Source of the DNA: Auanema rhodensis | Lineage: Eukaryota; Animalia; Nematoda | Assembly (NCBI GenBank): GCA_964057225.1 | Contig: OZ059895.1 | Location: 7,254,001 to 7,318,000 of the forward strand | Reading direction: 5' to 3' | DNA length: 64,000 nt | Shown here: in pieces, positions 62,799 through 64,000 of the stretch | How the letters are laid out: each line of letters opens with the position of its first letter | Numbering within the stretch: position 1 is the stretch's first letter | Program-made: the position numbers and the translations under genes | Notes under the pieces: model-generated | The model's input: only the letters and a program-made list of their open reading frames with translations | Databases searched by the model: none | What the model was told of the DNA's origin: nothing

Positions 62799-64000
62799 TT
62801 AATCAAGTTTTCCACTGATAGGCAAGCTGGCAGCATGAGCCTTCATGAAAACGCAGTATTTTTTCAAAATGGGAACAGCTGCTAGAGATACGGCCGCACT
62901 AACGTAACATAGAATTGATGTCTCATCTCTCTCCACGTAGTATCTGAAAAGCGATAGGATTAGTGGATAAGGAGAGACGTTATTGGTTGATTGGGTTTCA
63001 TTCGGTCTGGTTCTCTTGTCTTTCATCTTGTTTCTTGCTTTTGCATCACTTACCCAGTAAGAAGAGGTACCATAGTCATAGCCAACATATGCGACATCCG
63101 AATGAGAGCTGACACTTTTCCGGCATCGTTCTTTCCAACAGTGCTTATGATTTGAGAAGACAGTTCTCCTATACAAACAGATACACCAATCACCTAAAAA
63201 CGTTCAATGTTGTTGTTAATTGATGTTGTATGTCAGTGTTCTCTTTGGTACAAGAAAGATGTATTGGTCAACTGTACGTACTTGAATCGGCATTCCAATG
63301 AAAAGACCTACGTGTGAGGTCATTGTAGATAAGTATAAGTACGAAGATGCAAGAAGTATAAAGGAGCCCATTAGAACATGCTGTGGACCAACACGAGCCT
63401 GTATGAACGGTACCATCCATGCATTTCCGATAAAAGATGCTCCACCAAGTATCAAAAACTATAAAAGCATAGACTTGAAATATATTGTTAAAGATAATCT
63501 AGCTATTCTCTAGTTTCTAATGTTGTCTAATTCTCTTGTAGCTTCAATAGAATTTCTAATATGATCAGCTATATGTTTGTATTTGAACGAGATAGCTAGC
63601 ACGTTTGCTAACATCACCAATACTATAGTCTTTTTCCAGTTCTCAGCTTAACGCTATTAGTTGGGAAGGAACCGATTGATGTAGATAAGAAAGAACTATT
63701 TCGACTCTTCGAGATGAACAAAATGACAGTAAGAAATACCAGTTTGGTAAGCTGTTGGGGATCGCTGGCTACCGTGGCTGAAAGCGATATCCTAACTACT
63801 TGATCATAAGCACTGTATGGTCCGATAACCATCTAGAAATAGAATTTTCATAGTTAACTATGTAATCGATATATGTATATAATATTTATATTTTATATAT
63901 ATAATTATAAATTTGAGTATTTTCTAATTGTTTTTATGCTATATGAAACGAAGATATATTATTAGCTAACCATTAAAAGGATTAAACACCATTTAGTTTT
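62799..64000 (-). CDS. Second MFS transporter, tandem paralog; 5' part lies outside the window
   Basis: Exons MVIGPYSAYDQVVR...|FLILGGASFIGNAWMVPFIQARVGP...|VIGVSVCIGELSSQIISTVGKNDAGKVSALIRMSH...|YYVERDE...GKLD*, which parallel the C-terminal half of the neighbouring MFS gene. Confidence 0.8.

Noticed and set aside
1-64000. CRISPR arrays, tRNA/rRNA genes, telomeric (TTAGGC)n arrays, intact transposase/RT or viral genes
   Set aside because: None were recognisable by eye. tRNAscan-SE and Infernal would be needed to exclude small RNAs formally.

Overview
AT-rich, gene-dense eukaryotic DNA from a rhabditid (clade V-like) nematode. Introns are numerous and about 45 nt long, so the ORF track captures only fragments; I assembled gene models by hand from splice signals and conserved motifs. 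About 28 protein-coding genes are supportable: myosin VI (runs off the left edge), two small secreted proteins, a dad-1/ucr-11/spartin/ABT1 cluster, trehalase tre-1, a RING protein, a TTBK/CK1-like kinase, a TWK two-pore K+ channel, a hyperacidic secreted protein, snx-1, TDP2, tfg-1, a DOMON protein, ARFRP1, rpb-7, SEC11, an RNF115/126-like ligase, NOB1, FAM135, ornithine decarboxylase antizyme, CDC27/mat-1, DDX27 and two tandem MFS transporters. The strongest non-obvious signals are: a programmed +1 frameshift (UUU-UGA) in the antizyme gene; duplicated alternative terminal exons in the DOMON gene; a 288-bp mariner-type MITE in a spartin intron; a candidate H/ACA snoRNA; a non-canonical TAIEYG second pore filter in the TWK channel; an Asp/Glu/Tyr-rich secreted precursor; and several GC-AG introns. 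I found no clearly novel multi-gene system. Gene names and C. elegans synteny are from recall, not database searches. CDS coordinates are start-to-stop spans including introns.
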